Of a stretch of DNA of 64,000 nt, positions 62,067 to 64,000 are shown in pieces (within the stretch, counting starts at the first letter, position 1; every line of letters starts with the position of its first letter). The notes below the pieces were generated by a model, which was not told where the DNA came from, did not search any database, and was given only the letters and a program-made list of their open reading frames with translations. Location of the stretch: NCBI GenBank assembly GCA_010405405.1, contig MU004234.1, positions 354,993 through 418,992 of the forward strand. The letters run 5' to 3'. The translations under genes and the position numbers were made by a program. Origin of the DNA: Microthyrium microscopicum. Lineage: Eukaryota.

Positions 62067-62317
62067 CAAAAGGGATTTAGAAGGGATTAGAAAGGTTATT
62101 TATCTTGTTTTAGATTAGAAGAGCTTCACCAAAGCTCACGTATGATAAGAAGAGGGGATTGTGTCATGGGAACTAAACCCTAACCCTAAGTACGAACCAT
62201 ATAGCCTATACCCCTAGAGGACATATCCTCTACTAGAGTAGCAGTAGAACAAACCTTAAAGTTTGTTTCTTAATCATATCACCATACTGCTACCACATTA
62301 GCTCCGTGACCGTGACA

Positions 62318-62969
62318 CTATCCTCCTGATCGCTATTACTCATGTTTGAGACTTCATCGTCTTGAAGTTGCAACAACTCTTCCAGCCCACTACTTTTACG
62401 TCGACTAAAATCATCCTCATCCTTTGGAGATGGCACTTCAGTTAGGTCGATAAGATCGACAAAATCCGATTCGTGGTGAAGATCTTCAGGCAATAGAGTA
62501 CTGCAAGTGTGAGCTTCATGGTCGATATACACCTATAAGAAACATACTTTGATAACACGCCAGAAGCAATTTTCAGTCCAGTGAGGCTAGAGTGAAGTTG
62601 CTTGAACTCCATATCCCCATATATCGAAGAATTCGAATCGAACAAATCATTTCGTGTCTCAAAGTCGGCAATCGTCTGTCTTATATGGCCGAGGACTAGT
62701 TGGCATGCTTTCAGAAGCGTGTACGTCTGTTTGGCCAACCGCGTTGGAACATCCTGTCCCGTAGACTTGAGATCATGCGTTAATGTTTGCAAGAACAGGT
62801 GCAACGAGACCACTTCTTTGAGAACCGCGTTAATATCTCTTCTGGATTCCGGAACGACACAAGCAAATGTAAAAAGTGAGGTTTGAATGCTTTGAACGGC
62901 CTCGACAATTCCAGAGGCCTCGATCGACAGCCCAACAGAAGTCAAGTCTGGCTCGCCCGAGGAAGCCAT
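62318..62969 (-). pseudogene. 5' part (HeLo-like / fungal STAND N-terminal helical domain) of the ankyrin gene interrupted by the LTR nest
   Basis: MASSGEPD.LSIEASGIVEAVQSIQTSLFTF....ESRRDINAVLKEVVSL..L..L....L.AC..VL..I pattern; intron 62547-62501; exon 2 ...SDQEDS ends at the TSD. Confidence 0.75.
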
Positions 62970-63594
62970 GTTGTGTTGTCAACTTGTCATTGATTTCAAA
63001 CAAACCCTTCGATTTGGTGATAGGCGAAGAACGGGTCAAGTCCTTGGGAAGTTGCGATCTCTGGCTGTGCATGAGCTTTACATGTCTAGAAATCGTCCCA
63101 GATCTCTCAACGTTCGGACTAAAAGGTATGAGGGGCCTCTAATCGTGGCGCATGCTGGATGACCTGTAATTGGCCATGCTTCAACTTCCACATTGTGATA
63201 TCTGAAGCCAGTTCTAAGCCCATCCTGGTAAAGGCCAATTCGAGAGTTCTTCGCTCAGCGAGAAAAGAAATATCAAGGAACATCCAGTCATTCTTAGGAT
63301 TTGTGCAGAACTGCCTATCGCAAGCGGCAAGACTCGGAGAGCACTTCAAGTTGGAGAAGAGATCAAGTATAGATTGATTAGATCTTCTGACAGTTTTTAT
63401 CTCCGTGATCTCCGAAGTATACTCGAAAAGTCAAACATCCAAACAATTTTTTAACAACTTGTTTGCGGTGGCTCCGGAATTGCCTCCTCAGTATCTGAGC
63501 ACTCCATATAACTTCCGACCTTTCCAACGCATCCCCAAGATTCCATCTGCCACAAATCCTCATTCGCAACCTCGCCGTCTCCCGCACCGCAAAT

Positions 63595-64000
63595 ATGGAT
63601 GACGACCTCTATGGTACCACTCTTCACACTTCCGATGATTATAGACTACTAAGCTAATGATATCTAGAGGTTCTAGGCGTGTCCAGCACAGCAACAAAAG
63701 TCGAGATAAAAAAAGCATACCACAAAGTCCGCTACTTCCCAACCAAACCACCAACAGCCCCATCTAACAACCCTCTAGGCCGCCCTATCCTCCCACCCCG
63801 ACAAAGTCCCCGAATCAGACCGCGAAACTGCCGAAATCCGCTTCAAATCCGTCTCCCGCGCCTACGAAATCCTCAATGATGAAGACACCCGGCACCTCTA
63901 CGACACGCATGGCATGTCCGCCTTCAACGGGCCCGGCGGCCCGGGAGCTGCCGGAGGCTTCGATCCCAACGATATAAACGCCATGTTCGAAAGTATGTTC
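63595..64000 (+). CDS. DnaJ/Hsp40 co-chaperone (Xdj1/Apj1-like), 3'-truncated by the window edge
   Basis: MDDDLY/EVLGVSSTATKVEIKKAYHK/AALSSHPDKVP..FKSVSRAYEILNDEDTRHLYDTHG: J-domain with HPD motif, two short introns, then a G/F-rich region. Confidence 0.92.

Larger units (their letters stand above)
46466..62317 (+). mobile_element. Ty3/gypsy LTR retrotransposon A (outer), RIPped
   Basis: 156-bp LTRs 46466-46621 and 62162-62317 (TGTCACGG...CCGTGACA); TSD CTATC at 46461-46465 and 62318-62322; PPT AAGAAGAGGGGA before the 3' LTR. De-RIP pol motifs in gypsy order: DTG protease (~57845), YIDD RT (~59041), DAS RNase H (~59503), FHPETDGQTE integrase (~60889). Confidence 0.93.

Noticed and set aside
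28700..63300. Starship-type giant element between the core genes
   Set aside because: No DUF3435 tyrosine-recombinase captain and no bounding direct repeats recognised.
1..64000. tRNA or rRNA genes
   Set aside because: No cloverleaf with A/B boxes and no rRNA-like sequence recognised by eye; a tRNAscan-SE/Infernal run would be needed to exclude them.

Overview
Eukaryotic DNA from a filamentous ascomycete (Pezizomycotina), judged from short GT-AG introns with CTAAC-type branch points and AT-rich transposons degraded by repeat-induced point mutation (RIP). 1-16.5 kb is an accessory block: a bacterial-type SRPBCC gene, four F-box-like genes interleaved with four copies (2 intact, 2 pseudogenes) of a ~140-aa gene resembling the N-terminal part of Ty1/copia Gag but lacking LTRs and pol, a flavin monooxygenase and a membrane protein. 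17-28 kb is a core block: Yox1-like homeobox gene, TFB3/MAT1, a 629-aa membrane protein, a GT15 mannosyltransferase and a DUF4604-like gene. 29-63 kb is repeat-rich: a Gly-rich MGC- protein, a divergent glutamate-cysteine ligase paralogue, a RIPped L1/Tx1-type LINE with a 14-bp candidate TSD, a TIR element, and two convergent ankyrin genes. One ankyrin gene (HeLo-like N-terminus) is split in-frame by a 15.9-kb nest of two Ty3/gypsy elements. A DnaJ gene runs off the right end. The best candidate for a new system is the Gag-like plus F-box cluster. All family assignments come from motif recognition by eye; no database search was run.
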